A stretch of DNA of 64,000 bases from Haliotis cracherodii (GCF_022045235.1 NW_027266330.1:26164001-26228000); one strand, 5' to 3'. Shown: positions 12,280-25,809, counted from the first letter of the stretch. Program-made: numbers and translations. The notes: generated by a model from the sequence alone, not told the origin.

Positions 12280-13568
12280 CTGGTTTTCAACTTACACGTT
12301 ACTGCAATAAATTCAACAGTTCTCTCAAAACTAGGGCTACTATTCCCTTTCCTAATGTTTTTTGACAAGTACACTATAAAACCCCGTCAGTTTATTATGG
12401 CAATGAACAATAAGCAAGGGAAGTCCAGTGTTGGTGAAACAGCAATTCTTCAATCAGTGGACAAATGGTTTGTGTTGTCACTTGAGACAGAGAGTAGTTC
12501 AGCATTGCAATGTGATGGCTCTAGGCAATTCTGTCCATCAGAATTTTAGAATATTTAATAATTGTTTGCCTTATGCCCTAACATTTGTGGCAATTATTTT
12601 AAGGGATTGTCACCAATCCATAACAAACATGTCATCTGATTTATCCCCAGTTTTTGTCCGCATCAGTTTCTGTACAGTTGTAAAACCCGGGCATTGTTCG
12701 AGGCCCCCTCAGCCAGCAGTTACATTAAGAAAGAAAATAAACACCACAAGAAACAATACAAGGAAAAAATTGTTCCCCTTTCATGAGCCCCCATGAGAAA
12801 AACGGGCAGGATTTTCAAAATTGGCATGCCACTCATCTCTGTACAAAACCGTAACACACAGGTCAGTTGAGAATGTTGATTTTACGTCTCTTTTTAAATA
12901 TATTCTTTGGTTGTCAGTGTTGGCGTGTAACCGTCTGTGTGTATATGGCGACTGGACATGTGTTTATTTGATCTTAGCGTGGGGGCAAAACGACAAAGCA
13001 GACCGGCTCTCCTCGTTACCTTGTTTGCCCCTGCGTTGATTAGATTAGTTAGATTCAATAGAATTTGGACTTGATTAAATATGGTAGGAACCTTTCGTCA
13101 AGTTCATGTTGGTGTTGTTCTTTGGGCATTTAGACCAAGATGTATTTAGACAAGTTCAAGGTGTTGAGGAATAGAAGGTTAATATTGGCCGATTAGCTGT
13201 AGGAAAGTAAGTGTGTGTGTAGGTCTGTTGATATTGTTTGATTTTGAGACAGAAACATGTTTGAAAGTAGGAAATTATGTTTAAGGTTATGTTATTGAGG
13301 CGTAAACAGGAATTTAATTGGGGTGGTTCTAAAGTATTGCATAGGAAAGTGTGAACTATATGTCTGATAAGGTTCAGAGTGAAACTTGACCTTTAGACCT
13401 TTAGACTCAATTGATTTCTTTCAGTCTGTTATATTTGGAATGAATAGTATTGTTGATGTGGTAAAAAATCTGCAAGAAGTAAACGCGGATGTTCTTCAAT
13501 TGTCAAAACTGTGCACAGGAAACATTCACTTTTCTGTTGATCAAAAGTGTTATTTTTTATCCCTTAAT

Positions 13569-13727
13569 CAACGGTAGAAACTAACAGTTTCAGTCCACTA
13601 GTCCTTATAATGATAACATATAGCAATACTCCTAAAAATGACAAATTTCTACTCGTCCTTCTGATACCTTTACTATTGGGCAGTTCGCAGGCAAGGACTA
13701 CATGACTAGTGCCAATTTCTAACACTG
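13569..13727. mobile_element. hAT-like MITE, inverted relative to the 52351 copy
   Basis: Ends CAACGGTAGAAA and TTTCTAACACTG; homologous to 52351-52510. Confidence 0.75.
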
Positions 13728-14661
13728 CTTTAATCATTATTCTGTGAAATATGTTGCATATTTGTCAAACCAATATATGTTGTGTATTCTGCATTGGTAC
13801 AATATGGGAATGTCCCCTTCTTGAAATATCAGGAATCCTGGTAATAACGATGTAATACCATACTGGCCTTCTTTTAAGGGTCCTTTAAGGTTATATGAGG
13901 GTCCTGTAAAGTAATTAAATGGTGTAGTGTACTGTAATTTAGATAATTACTTCCGAGTCTGTAATGAATCAATGATCATGTGGAACAGTGGTCATGTTTG
14001 ATGGGTGAAATGACAGACACCCATAACTGCACTTGCTGCGCTGTAGGTACAATGCATATTATTGTGTGTCCCTCGGGATGCAGTATATCCTTTTTCTGCG
14101 CCCATTGCCTACATTCGTGAGTACTGGACGCAGGTTTGTGCGTCGCGTAAAACCCTGCTGACTCCATTAGTCCAGACACAACACTGTTTGGTCTAGGATC
14201 GGTATAACATTACCCTTGTATGTAATTAGGGAGATGCATTACCTAACACACTGCTCACAGGGGAGTCTATAATTATCCATAGTTCACTGTTATTTTGTCT
14301 GCAACCGCCTCCCTCAAATGTTAATGATGTTCTGCAATGACTAAAGTATACGTTATGTAATGTAACACAAATGCATTTCCAGATCAACACTCTAGGTTGT
14401 TGATGAACCACATTTTGCCTGTTCTGATTGTGTGTGTACTCACTATGGTACAATGTCTGTTCATCAAAAGTATCCTGCAAAGCAAGAACACACACCGAGC
14501 CAATTGTGGTTTCTGAAATCCTAATTTGTCTAAATGACTGAATGAGTATGTGTAATGGAAGTAGTTATGTACATGTAAACTTTACTCTCTTAAGGGGTAT
14601 CTGTCCTGGTATCACTGTCACATGTGACAGTGACACACTCAACAATTAGACATATATATGA

Positions 14662-14908
14662 GACCCGTGAAGATCCGGGAGTAGAATAGGTCTTCAGCAA
14701 CCCATGCTTGCCGTAAAAGGCGACTAACGGGATCATGTGGTCAGGCTCGCTGATTTGGTTGATGCATGTCATCGATCCCAATTACGTGGATTGATGCTCA
14801 TGATGTCAATCACTGGATTGTCATGTCCAGACTCAATTATTACAGACCGTCGTCATATAGCTGGAATATTGCTGAGTGCGGTGTTAAATAACAAACCAAC
14901 CAACCAAC
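14662..14908 (+). mobile_element. SINE family B, full length
   Basis: Starts GACCCGTGAAGATCC, ends in a (CAAC)n tail. TSD atatatga. Confidence 0.92.
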
Positions 14909-14913
14909 ATATA

Positions 14914-15244
14914 TGAAGATCCGGGTTAGAATAGACCAGCAACCCGTGCTTGTCGTAAGAGGTGACTAACAGGATCGGGTGGTCTGGCTCGCAGAGTTGG
15001 TTGATGCATGTCATCTTATCCCAATTTTGTGGATCAATTCTCATCATATCAATCACAGGATTGTCTGGTCCAGACTCGATTATGTTTCTAGGTTTGTCAG
15101 CACCATACCCATGCTAGTGGGTTTCACCGAAGTGGTAAACGTCTGAGACCTGCATCGCTTCAGACTTTCCTCCCACATTAAGCTGACACCCTGTGATATA
15201 ACTGGAATACTGTTAAAAGCGGCGTTAACCCAGCTCACTCACTC
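14914..15244 (+). mobile_element. Chimeric SINE: family B 5' part fused to family C 3' part
   Basis: Family B sequence to ccagactcgattat (~15083), then family C gtttctaggtttgtcagcacc through its (CTCA)n tail. Confidence 0.85.
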
Positions 15245-17496
15245 GTTAACATTTAACTGATAATTCTCAAGTATTTTGTGGACAACACATTTTCAAAGTG
15301 TGGCAGATCTCTTAAACTAGTAGATGCATATTTTGACTGCTTGTAATCTGAACATTTTGAGCCCATCAAGATATTCGAATGTATCAAGTTCACAATAGCT
15401 CACATACTTCTTCTTGATATCGGTAAATAGCCAAAGTTGCGCAATGTTGTTGGGAGTTTCTGAATGAGGTTGTAACCAGTTCTGAAGGAAGATATGTGTG
15501 TAATACTCACAGGGCATTACTCAAGCAGCCTGAAATTGGCCCCCATAGTCTAGTCTTGTTGTGTCTGGCCCCCAAGCCATGTGCTAGTTTTAATGATCAC
15601 CACAGGAGCCATGTATGATAATGGCTCCCAGCAGAGGAACAGTTTGAAGTCATTAAGGCCCTTGTTCTACTGACTCTAATGTGCATAAATTTGAGACATT
15701 GTCTTGTAAGGTTTTGCAGGGTCGCCTTTGAGTTTGGCCCCTCTTTGATGGTTATGAAGGCTTATGGATTTGTGGCTTACGAAAGAGGCCTTGCAAGATT
15801 GTTTCGGTTTGATTTGGATGACTCCATTGTCCAATCAGTATAACTTCTCCCTTGAGAAACATGAAGCAATATCTGAAATAATGCCAATCGGAATTCTCAA
15901 TTCTATCCATTCTTTTAGACACAGTAAAGGATTGCTCAATGTATGAATTTGAGTGATGAACACCCTCAAGGTACTTGCCATTCAGGATGGGATGAATCTT
16001 TTAATTTGTGAAAGTAGAGGACTGCAGAATTTGCATTTTGTTAAAGAAATGAGATCAAATGAGTCGGAGAGGTTTCAGTGTTTGCTGGGATTTTCTGCCT
16101 GAGACCGGAAACTGGTTTTATTGCAAAGGATGGTGACAAATATTAAGTGTAACATGTTCTCCTGAGAGCAGAGGATGTCTCCTTCTTATCACATCAGCTG
16201 TCGGGTTTATGTGTCAACACTGGGCTGCTGTCGCAAGGAACGTTGGTCAACAGCAGTGGTGACATCAGTTTTAACACTTTAGCACATCTGAGAACACCGC
16301 TTGCCCGTTTTAAGAGAGAATTACTCCTACCATGAGGTTGTTGATTACATACATGTCGTCTACTGAATTACCAGCAGGATTTTAATGGGGTTCTTTATTT
16401 CTACAGAGCTGTGAGAGTCAAAGCAACCTGAGTATATTTCCCAGTAGAGTTTAACCATCAAATGGTAACCAGAACAGTTCCGATTCTTGACTGTGAAATT
16501 TAAGAAAACGGTCTGTTTTTTTATTGCAGCTGAAGGAATTGCAAACTTATCATTGTTGTTCACCCATTTTCATTTTTATTTCATCATAGCTATATTTTTA
16601 CACTTTTCATGCAAATGTCAGTTTGAATAACATTTTCTTAGGATATATGTGTAATAATGCTGTATTTGGATACATAATTTGAAGATCTCATCAGCATCAA
16701 TGTCCTGATGTAAATGTAAAAACATTCCATCACATCTGTTCCTTCATATATCATAGAATCCCAATGTAGTATTATCCCTGTGAGAAAAAAGGGCTAAAAA
16801 GTAAGTACTTAATGGTTGCTAACATATTTATGTCTCAGACATTGTGGCCTGACACTAAGGAGAGACAGTTGCTAATGATGGATCTTGAGTGACCAGCAGC
16901 CCCATACATCTTGTGAAGGCTGACTGGACTGAGGCCCAATACACTGACCATTGTGTGATGAATTGCCAGCCATGTGGCAGGGACATATTAGTCTCCATGC
17001 TAATTGTCTGCACTCTCATTAGTATTGTGATCTGATTAGCACTTGAATAACTGTAATACTTTGCCACATCTTGTCAGAGATCTTAATCACCCTGGTTATG
17101 TCTGAAGTAGCTATCGGGGTAAGGCTTCAAAGGCTACCAGTCTGAACAAAGAAAATGTAAAGATATGTTAACAAGAGTTGGATATGTCGATGAATAAATG
17201 CCACCCCATAGTATATCAGTTACTCTATGATCGATAATAAAACTTGTACCTCTTGTAACCATCTGTTCGTCTGTTGCTTTTATTTAAAAAGGCTATATTT
17301 TGGGTGATAGACATGGTTTTTACTGAAATTTATTTGTGAAAAAAATCAAAGGACAACCATTCCTGGTAAAATATGTTTTAGTTTTCAAGTTTGTGTATGT
17401 TTCAGTCCTATCAGAAAGTAAATTTAGTTATTTATTTAATCTATACACATGGTGATGCATACAGTCTTATGTTTTGTGATTGTCCTCTGGATGTCA

Positions 17497-17659
17497 GGCG
17501 GTCGGGTAGCCCAGTGGTTAAAGCGTTTGCTCATCACGCCGAAGACCCTGGTTCGATTCCCGGCATGGGTACAATGTGTGAAGCCCATTTCTGGTGTCCC
17601 CCGCCGTGATATAGCAGGAATATTGCTAAAAGTGGCGTAAAACCATACTCACTCCTTCT
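17497..17659 (+). mobile_element. SINE family A
   Basis: A/B boxes and tail; TSD tggatgtca. Confidence 0.92.
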
Positions 17660-17813
17660 TGGATGTCAAAGAGGTTAATGTCTTTCGTCCAACATAGAGA
17701 CTGCCTGTGGCAATAGTACTGAAATGCTGTGTTATGAGCAGTCTTATTCCCTTGCACTCTGCCAGCCAATAGCCAGCCAATCTCCTCACTGACCAGCTTG
17801 TGCTGTTGCATGA

Positions 17814-17979
17814 TGAAGTGGTCGGGTAGCCTAGTGGTTAAAGCGTTCGCTCGTCATGCCGAAGATCTGGGTTCGATTCCTGACATAGGTACAATGTGTG
17901 AAGCCCATTTCTGGTGTCCCAGGCCGTAATATTGCTGGAATATTGCTAAAAGCGGCGTAAAACCATACTCATTCACTCA
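17814..17979 (+). mobile_element. SINE family A
   Basis: A/B boxes and tail; TSD ctgttgcatga. Confidence 0.92.
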
Positions 17980-19567
17980 CTGTTGCATGAGAGGACAGAC
18001 AGACAGACAGGACAAATTTAGTTTATTAAGGTGTCACAAGTTAACCACAAATGGCTAAAACTTTAAATAGCAAAGTAATAGATGATTAATATATTGGCTT
18101 TCGAGACACTACCTGTTTATTACTTTATGTACGGTAAAATACTATTTACACTGATTTAATCATTATAAAATGATGTAGAACAATAAACAATGCAAGTATC
18201 ATGTGAATAATTGTTGACTAAAAACGTGTTTCTTTTGGTAGGAGCAATACATTTGATGCGCTAAAGATTATTTTCAGATAACAGTTCAATGAATAGATCT
18301 TTAGCCATGTAGATTTAAACCAAAGTTTTATATTCACTACCCAGTCATTAAAACATAAGTTCCAAGTTAGCATAATCTGTGTAAGATTTGACCTCTCTGA
18401 CTGTGTTTCCTGTAAATGGTACAGGCTAATTAAATATAACCCACGAGAGCCTGCTGTGTTAATCGCTGCTTAAGGATAGACCACAGTATGTAGTTACACC
18501 ATCTTGAAGACCACCAAGAGTGCTCAAGGAGGACTCATAGATAATCTGCAGGTTGATCAAGAAGATTGACCAAAGTGTAAGCAGTTTAGGCTGAATTTAT
18601 TATGATGCAGGTTTGAAATATTTGTAATTCCAATTTCTAATTTTACTTGTCAAAGTTGACTGAAGTACAGGTTGGTACTTGCAAACTGCCTTTTGATCTC
18701 ATGGGTAAGATTTTTATGCTTGGAAATTGAAAGCCTTGACAAGATGGAAAAAACTTTCCATGTATTAAAGATGAGCATGGCAATTTATGTAAGGAAGAAT
18801 TAAATTATGAACTTTGAATATTTTGAAAAAAAGTTTCTTTTTCATAGATACTTCACAAGTAATTTCTCAAAGTGAACTCTTGTGTTAAGCATCTTATGGG
18901 ACATTGATTCCTCTCCGATGAGAATGTGTGAATCTGCTGAGCTCTTAAAGCATCACTCACATGTGACAAAAGTGTGGAATCTCCTCATCCTCTACACATG
19001 ATGTGATCTTTGATCTGTTAGTAAGAAATGCACTCCTTGATAGGTTCTTTAAGCTCAAGTTCACTTATCTTGATCTTGTGAGAAAAGAAGTGGACAAGAA
19101 TCCCTTCATGTCACTTTTGTGTATGTGACAACTGATCGGCCAAAAATGACTTGATAGATCTCTTATAGCCGTTTTATTCAGCCTTTGATGTCAGGGATCA
19201 CCAGCAAAAGTGTCAGGAGACAAAATTGACAAGTTTTCCATCTCTTACATTGCATGTTGGCATATTGATTAGAAAATCATTTGATTGATAGGTTGAGCAT
19301 GGTGATTGCTTTGATGTTCAATGATGTAGAATTGAGGCTGTAATGATAGATTTCAACATGTCTATTTTGCCATTGATTTCTTTAGAGTGCTTATATGGAT
19401 TGGACATTGATCTTGTGAAATTAATTTCGGCCTACTAGATGACATTTCATGGTTTGTTGGTACTTTCAGGATATGGTATTAGTATTTCTATGAAACGATC
19501 AGTCCGCTAGTTTAGCCTTTCTTGATGGAAATCTATATTCAGGTAGGTAATGCCATGAACATGTGAT

Positions 19568-19827
19568 GGCTGGTTGGTTGGTTCGTTGTACTCGGCAATA
19601 TTCCAGCTATATGGCGACGGTCTGTAAATAATCAAGTCTTGACCTGACAATCCAGTGGTTAATATCATCAGCATCAATCAAAACAATTGGGATCGATGAC
19701 ATGCATCAACCAAGTCAGCGAGCCTGACCACCCGATCCTGTTAGTCGCCTCTTACGACAAGCATAGTCACCTTTTACGGCAAACATGGGTTGCTGAAGAC
19801 CTGTTCTACCCTGGATCTTCACGGGTC
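19568..19827 (-). mobile_element. SINE family B, full length, antisense
   Basis: Reverse complement starts GACCCGTGAAGATCC directly at TSD acatgtgat. Confidence 0.92.
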
Positions 19828-22474
19828 ACATGTGATAGTAATCCTTCTGTTCCATACTTTTGATGCTGCAGTTGTTTCATCATCTGGAATCTCTGTCTGT
19901 CTGTATTTCATTTCTGGAGCATAACTTGAAAACCATGAAAGATTTTTCACCCAAATGTGGTACATGGTTAAACCAGGGACTGAAGTGGTGCCTTTTGCTA
20001 TTGTTGGGGCTGAGCCAAGGATTTATCATCTTCTGATGACTCTTGTTTCTCATTCCAAGTTGTTCAAGGTTTTGTTATTATTATGGTACAATCATTTCAT
20101 AGTTTCAAACTTTTCTGTAGTTCCTTGTGGTGATGATGCATAATGCTGTATGAGTTATGAACAAATCACGTAGAGCTGGGCACCATGTCTGTAACCAGGA
20201 GCCCACTCTGATACGTGGATGGAAATGACAGGTCCCCCAGGTCATGGAAATACACATAAATTGGCAGAAAATGCTGGGTAGTAATGTTTACCAGTGAAGA
20301 AGTTGACGGAATGGAAGCGAGAGTGGACTCCCAACTTGCCCTGATCAATATTTGTAATATGACTCCAGGCAGTCCATCTTCCACATTGATTACCAACGCT
20401 TGTCCTCTTATTCTCGTCCCTCTTTTTAAGGGGATGAAGTTGTGGGATCCACCACCATGGGAATGCAGAGAAAACAGAGAAAATCAATGAGGCATAGGTT
20501 GATGTTAATGGCCAAATCCTCAAGTTTGGTTCGTTAAATCTCCCAGCGTTCCTCTTGTCTGGCACAGTGTTGGTTAAAGAGTTCAGGAAGGCGAGTTGTC
20601 CACTGAGACGCTTTTTGTAGCAATGTAGACTACGCGACAGATTTAAGCCTTTTTAAAGCCGTAACATCCTATTCTGCAGTCTCCATGGCATTTCGTGTGC
20701 TTCATCATCATTAATAATCCAGATCAGAGCTTGAAAAATGTCCAAAAGAACTATGCATCTGTTTTATTTCATTGTAAAACCTTCCTCGTCTGACAAGTTA
20801 TGTTTGGGTAAGCGGTGCATGTATTTGATCATTAAGCAAATTTGTTTGATATCCAAACAGTGTATTACATTTTTATGGCCAATACATCACGAGCGCTCCG
20901 CAGCCTTCAACAGCAATAACAGGTCTAAGTAGTGTGATAAGCCAGAATGAGACACAACTCTGCAGCTTTACTCTCCAGGATGTTGCAGAAATAAACGTCA
21001 AAATAAATGTCTCCAATCCAAATGACAAATTCAAACATGAATTAACTCAAAGCACGTTTTTGAGTGAGTTGTGACTATCTGTTTCCGTGATTCTACACAA
21101 TTCAGATTTTGATAAATCAGCAAAGTCCACATCAGAGCCGCAGCCCATTACCAGGATTACTGCTTTCCTTGCTGGTAGCTAAAACCTTCATAAATCTCCC
21201 CATTAATTGGGGCAAAAAGACAGAGGCAGTAGCTTATCTGGGTTGATTAGTAGTATGAAGGCTCCTTGACAATTTGGTATTGGTTTCTCGTGAGCATGTA
21301 CGATTAGGCCCAGAAATGGGTGATCATGATACAGTGCCTGTGGCTCTTGCTTGGATAAATCACTGGCTCTGTCGCATCATTCTGGCGCTTCACAGACCAC
21401 AGTTATATTGATTATGTTAGAACTTCATGCTTTGTAAATTAACTTTTTTATGGTTAAAATCACTGTACTTTCAACATTAATGACATGGGCTTTTTCAGGT
21501 CGTAGATTGATTTCACTGAAATGTTGCTTCCATACGAGCACTTTGTGAAAAACTTGTGCAAGATTTTTCTTGATAGATAGTGGTTCTAGGATCACGAGCA
21601 AAGTTGACTTTTAAGACAGATTAAATAAATTAAGATAGTGATTTGTCAAAACATTGTCATGTTAACAGGCAGTGAAATGGGTATTTGAAATAGATGCCCA
21701 ATAAATCACAGGAAGAAGCATTTTAGGAACGTAAACCATTCATTAAGCTTTGTGAAAAATGTACATTTCAATGTAACGATCAACATACCCATTATGGGGC
21801 ATTTTCTTATATTGAGTGTGTTGACACTTGAGTGAAATTTATTGCTGCAGAGAATGGTGACATGAGAGGAATGACTTCCGTTTGGGAGGACAACATCTGT
21901 AGAGTGAGACATCATCTTCAGGGCCTTCATTGATGGGGAAAAAACATGGAAATCTTTTACAAAACACAGATTGACATTGTCGGAACATGTTGGAGTAGTT
22001 GGTGTTTTGTCCTTGGAGGCAGGAGACATGTATTTCTGCTGTGATGTACAACATGTGTGTGGGACATGAATGTGTCCACCATGGCAGTGATGAAGAAACA
22101 ACATGGGAAACTTGTGCTCGGGCTGACATGGTCTTTGGTTGCCCTTGTAATGCTCCTGAGATGGGGATAGCCCTGGGAGATCGGAGACAGATGATTTCTT
22201 TATAGGATGACAGTGTTTCAGTAGTAGTTAGTGATGAAATGACATGTATTCCCCGGGTGAAGTGCACAATTGCAATTGAATGAATGTCACAGTTTGGTGG
22301 AGATGCAGAAAAGATACTCTGTTGTGTTACCATCTTGTATACATAAACCCTGAAATTACATAATAGAAACATGACTAACACTGTTTCTATCTATAGGCAT
22401 AAACCTGTGTTACAACTCGAAAGCTGAAATGCTGCAATACATTTTCAATCAAAATCACAATCTCTGGCCCATGG

Positions 22475-22639
22475 GGGGCGGTCGGGTAGCCTAGTGGTTA
22501 AAGCGTTCGCTCGTCAGGCCGAAGACCCGGGTTCGATTCCCAACATGGGTACAATGTGTGAAGCCCATTTCTGGTGTCCCTCGCCGCGATATTGCTGGAA
22601 TATTGCTAAAAGCGGCGTAAAACCATACTCACTCACTCA
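22475..22639 (+). mobile_element. SINE family A
   Basis: 13-bp TSD ctctggcccatgg; intact A/B boxes. Confidence 0.93.
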
Positions 22640-22762
22640 CTCTGGCCCATGGTTCTGTGCTACATTCTATTCCTACGTTCATGAATGAATATGCAATATT
22701 TACTGAACAAACACTGTTTTTGTGTTTCTGAAACCCATGTGTATATGTAATGAAGAAATCAT

Positions 22763-23037
22763 GACCTGTGAAGATTCCGGGGTAGAATAGGTCTTCAGCA
22801 ACCCATGCTTGCCGTTAAAGGTGATTATGCTTGTCGTAAAAGGCGACTAACGGGATCGGGTGGTCAGGCTCGCTGGCTTGGTTGATGCATGTCATCGATC
22901 CCAAATGCGTGGATTGATGCTCATGATATCAATCACTGGATTGTCTGGTCCAGACTCGGTTATTTACAGACCGCCGTCATATAGCTGGAATACTGCTGAG
23001 TGCGGCGTTAAACAACAAACCAACCAACCAACCAATC
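22763..23037 (+). mobile_element. SINE family B, full length
   Basis: Starts GACCTGTGAAGATTCC, ends in a (CAAC)n tail. TSD aaatca. Confidence 0.92.
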
Positions 23038-23307
23038 AAATCACTCGAATCTGTTGATTCTACTCATGGAATCAACAGATTTGAGGTGATTTCTCTGCCT
23101 TAAACTGTGTATGGTTGATGTGTGATTTCTGTAATTTTCATGATGACCGTCAGTTGTGTCAGTTTTACTCGTTTTAAGATACACATTCAGAATGGACAGT
23201 ATATTCCTGGCCAAGGATCTGCTGTAAGAACAATAGCTGAACATCATGATTATGGTTTTATTATGGTGGATGTTTGTAGAATGTTGGATAACATCAGAGG
23301 TGGATGG

Positions 23308-23524
23308 CGCCGTGATTCGCTGTGCAGAGTTGCGTCCCTTGGGCACACCAGAAACCTATGATTGTGGGTTCAATCAGCACCATACCCGTGCTCGTGGGTT
23401 TCACCGAAGTGGTAAAGGTCTAGGATCTGCATCACTTCGGGCTTTCTTCCCACATTAAGTTGACATGCTGTGATATGACTGGATTACTGTTAAAAGTGGC
23501 GTTAAACCCAACTCACTCACTCAC
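23308..23524 (+). mobile_element. SINE family C, 5'-truncated with internal deletion
   Basis: 14-bp TSD tcagaggtggatgg; (CTCA)n tail. Confidence 0.9.
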
Positions 23525-25691
23525 TCAGAGGTGGATGGAGATGACAGGGTAGTGTAGAGATAGACAGACCTGGCTCAGCACAGAGCATTCAGATACAACT
23601 GCAAGGATTAGTATAGCATCCTGGCAGTGAAAAGACCTGTGATTGAGTTCCCCTGGACTCAGTGATCAGGACATGCTCATGTGGTGGAGTAGTCCATGTG
23701 ATCATCTCTTTTACATGGGCATGTGGGGGTTTTAGGGGCCATGGTTTCTCTATGAGGGCATGCATGTCATGGTCATTGCCTGAAAGTGTTGATGTGTTCA
23801 AGGGAGAAGGTTGTAAGGGCTGATCAGTCACACTGGTTGAGCATTCTGGAGTATTGAGAGTGGTTTCAGTGTCTGTTATAGGGATTATCAACAGGATTCC
23901 GCCTTCAGGATGTGGCTTTAGATGGATGACCTGGAAGAGGACATGGTAGCATGAGGTTCTAGTGATTGGAACCATGTGTGACGACCTACGATATGAAAGA
24001 ATAATCATAAGGGGTGACGAAGATGGGGGGGGGGTCATATCATGTTTACACATGGTTTTGTACTCTGTAACAAAGAAACGGAATAATCAATAAGAGTTCA
24101 TTCATTAATGGAAGTCATGAAAAAAGGTTTATAGCTTTTTTTATGTCATTTTGTAATTGTAATTCATAAAGTAGGAGATATGATATTATTAGATATCCTC
24201 ATTCAGTTTGTTTTATATTGTAACACTGAGAGGAGAGACTGGTGAAAGAGACAATGATCTTGACGTTCATTCTCCTACACATTGGCTTTGTTTTCTTTCT
24301 AAGATTAATATCAATTCTACATCATCTCTATTTATTCAAGAAGAAAGAGCAAGAGTCCTGCACAATATTTATTGTACTTCAATACTCAATCCTTTCATTT
24401 TCGTCAGCCAAGTCTCAGACAGAGGCTAATATCCTGCTGGAGCCACTCAGCAGGGGGTGGTGTTTGCCTGCTGCTGTACAGCAGTAGGGGATGTGTTACA
24501 AATTACAGGAAGATGGAACACAGCTGATGTGGAACCACCCCCAGACTTCCTGGCCTGGGGGTAGGTGTCTGAGGTCTGCCCTCGCCTCCCCACCCCCACC
24601 CCAGCTTGCAAGTCAGTGATGATAGGGTCCTTCCTTATAACTAATGGTCACACTGAGAGTGTTGATGTGATTGGGGGAAAGAGCATGTGTTTTTTGGACA
24701 GGTGTTACATCATCTTGAAAGAGCCTGTTATGTATTAAACTTGATGGTGATTAGACAAGATTTAGAAAAAAAACAATTACTTGATCTGTTTTATGTGTTA
24801 ATGACATTGCACTTTTTAGGAGATGATTACTTCTGAAATAATTTAGTTTGTTTAAGAATTATGAATAATTACTACACCAAATTTTGGAGTAATAAGTTAT
24901 TCCGTTATTTCTAAGTCACAATTTAATTAAAGTGATTAATATCTCATATGAGGATATTGTAATGCAGTTATTTGACCTTTCACAGCAATTACGAATGTTG
25001 ATTAGTGTAATGTCCACATAATCGAGGATTGTGAAACTTGATATACCTTACATCTGTTGTGTTGTCGATGCTATTGTGGGTGTCTCTGTGTCACCTTCAA
25101 TCAATCCGGACAGGTGTTGCAGACACATGTTCATAAGGTCATGTTACACGACACAGTGGTTGAGGGGGCTGCTTTTGTTCCCTCATTCTACACAACATTA
25201 ATGATTAAGTGAGTTTCCACAGAAGCATCTTTTGTCATCGGTATGGCTCTGAACAGCAGCATCATCACTCACGGTTAGCTTTCCTTCCTACAAAAAAAAA
25301 ATCATGCTTCACTGAGAAGTGATTGGATTATGTATGAAGCATGGCACTTTTAGACCATCAGGTATCCATATGTTTATGACGATAAACTTCTACATTTCTG
25401 TATGCATGTATGAGAGAACAAGTTAAAGTTTAATGTTATAAAGATGTTCTGAAAGGACCAGCTGTTCCGTGTTGAAACACCTTGCCTAGGTAAGCAGCTT
25501 TATGAAGGTAAATGTTTACAAAAGAAACAAATTTGGATACTTGTGGCTGTCAGCAGGTGTATGTAGTTAAACATGATCCACTGGTGGTCAAAGTTTGAAC
25601 CCCAGGAATTTCACCCATGTTAACAATGTCATGAGGTGTCCAGGCTGTCCGCTGAAGCATCACAACACCCCGCAGTTTAACATCCATGTTG

Positions 25692-25807
25692 GTCAGGTGC
25701 TGTGATGTCCGGTCCAGCTTGTCAGGTGCTGTGATGTCTGGTCCAGCTTGTCAGGTGCTGTGATGTCTGGTCCAGCTTGTCAGGTGCTGTGATGTCGTGT
25801 CCAGCTG
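25692..25807 (+). repeat. 29-bp minisatellite, 4 copies (GTCAGGTGCTGTGATGTCTGGTCCAGCTT)
   Basis: Units start at 25692, 25721, 25750 and 25779 with no spacers. Confidence 0.95.
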
Positions 25808-25809
25808 GT

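Noticed and set aside
21839-22381. 180-aa minus-strand ORF (also 23589-24053, 32214-32666, 35752-36270)
   Set aside because: No recognisable motifs, mostly non-ATG starts, and no consistent exon boundaries.
24491-24566. Exon-like stretch (EDGT..., PRLPGLG|gtaggt)
   Set aside because: The suggestive motifs fall in different frames. The phase-0 frame has a TGA at 24525, and the ATG frame ends in phase 1, incompatible with exon 58858.
25692-25807. 29-bp repeats as a CRISPR array
   Set aside because: Head-to-tail units without spacers, eukaryotic context, no cas genes.
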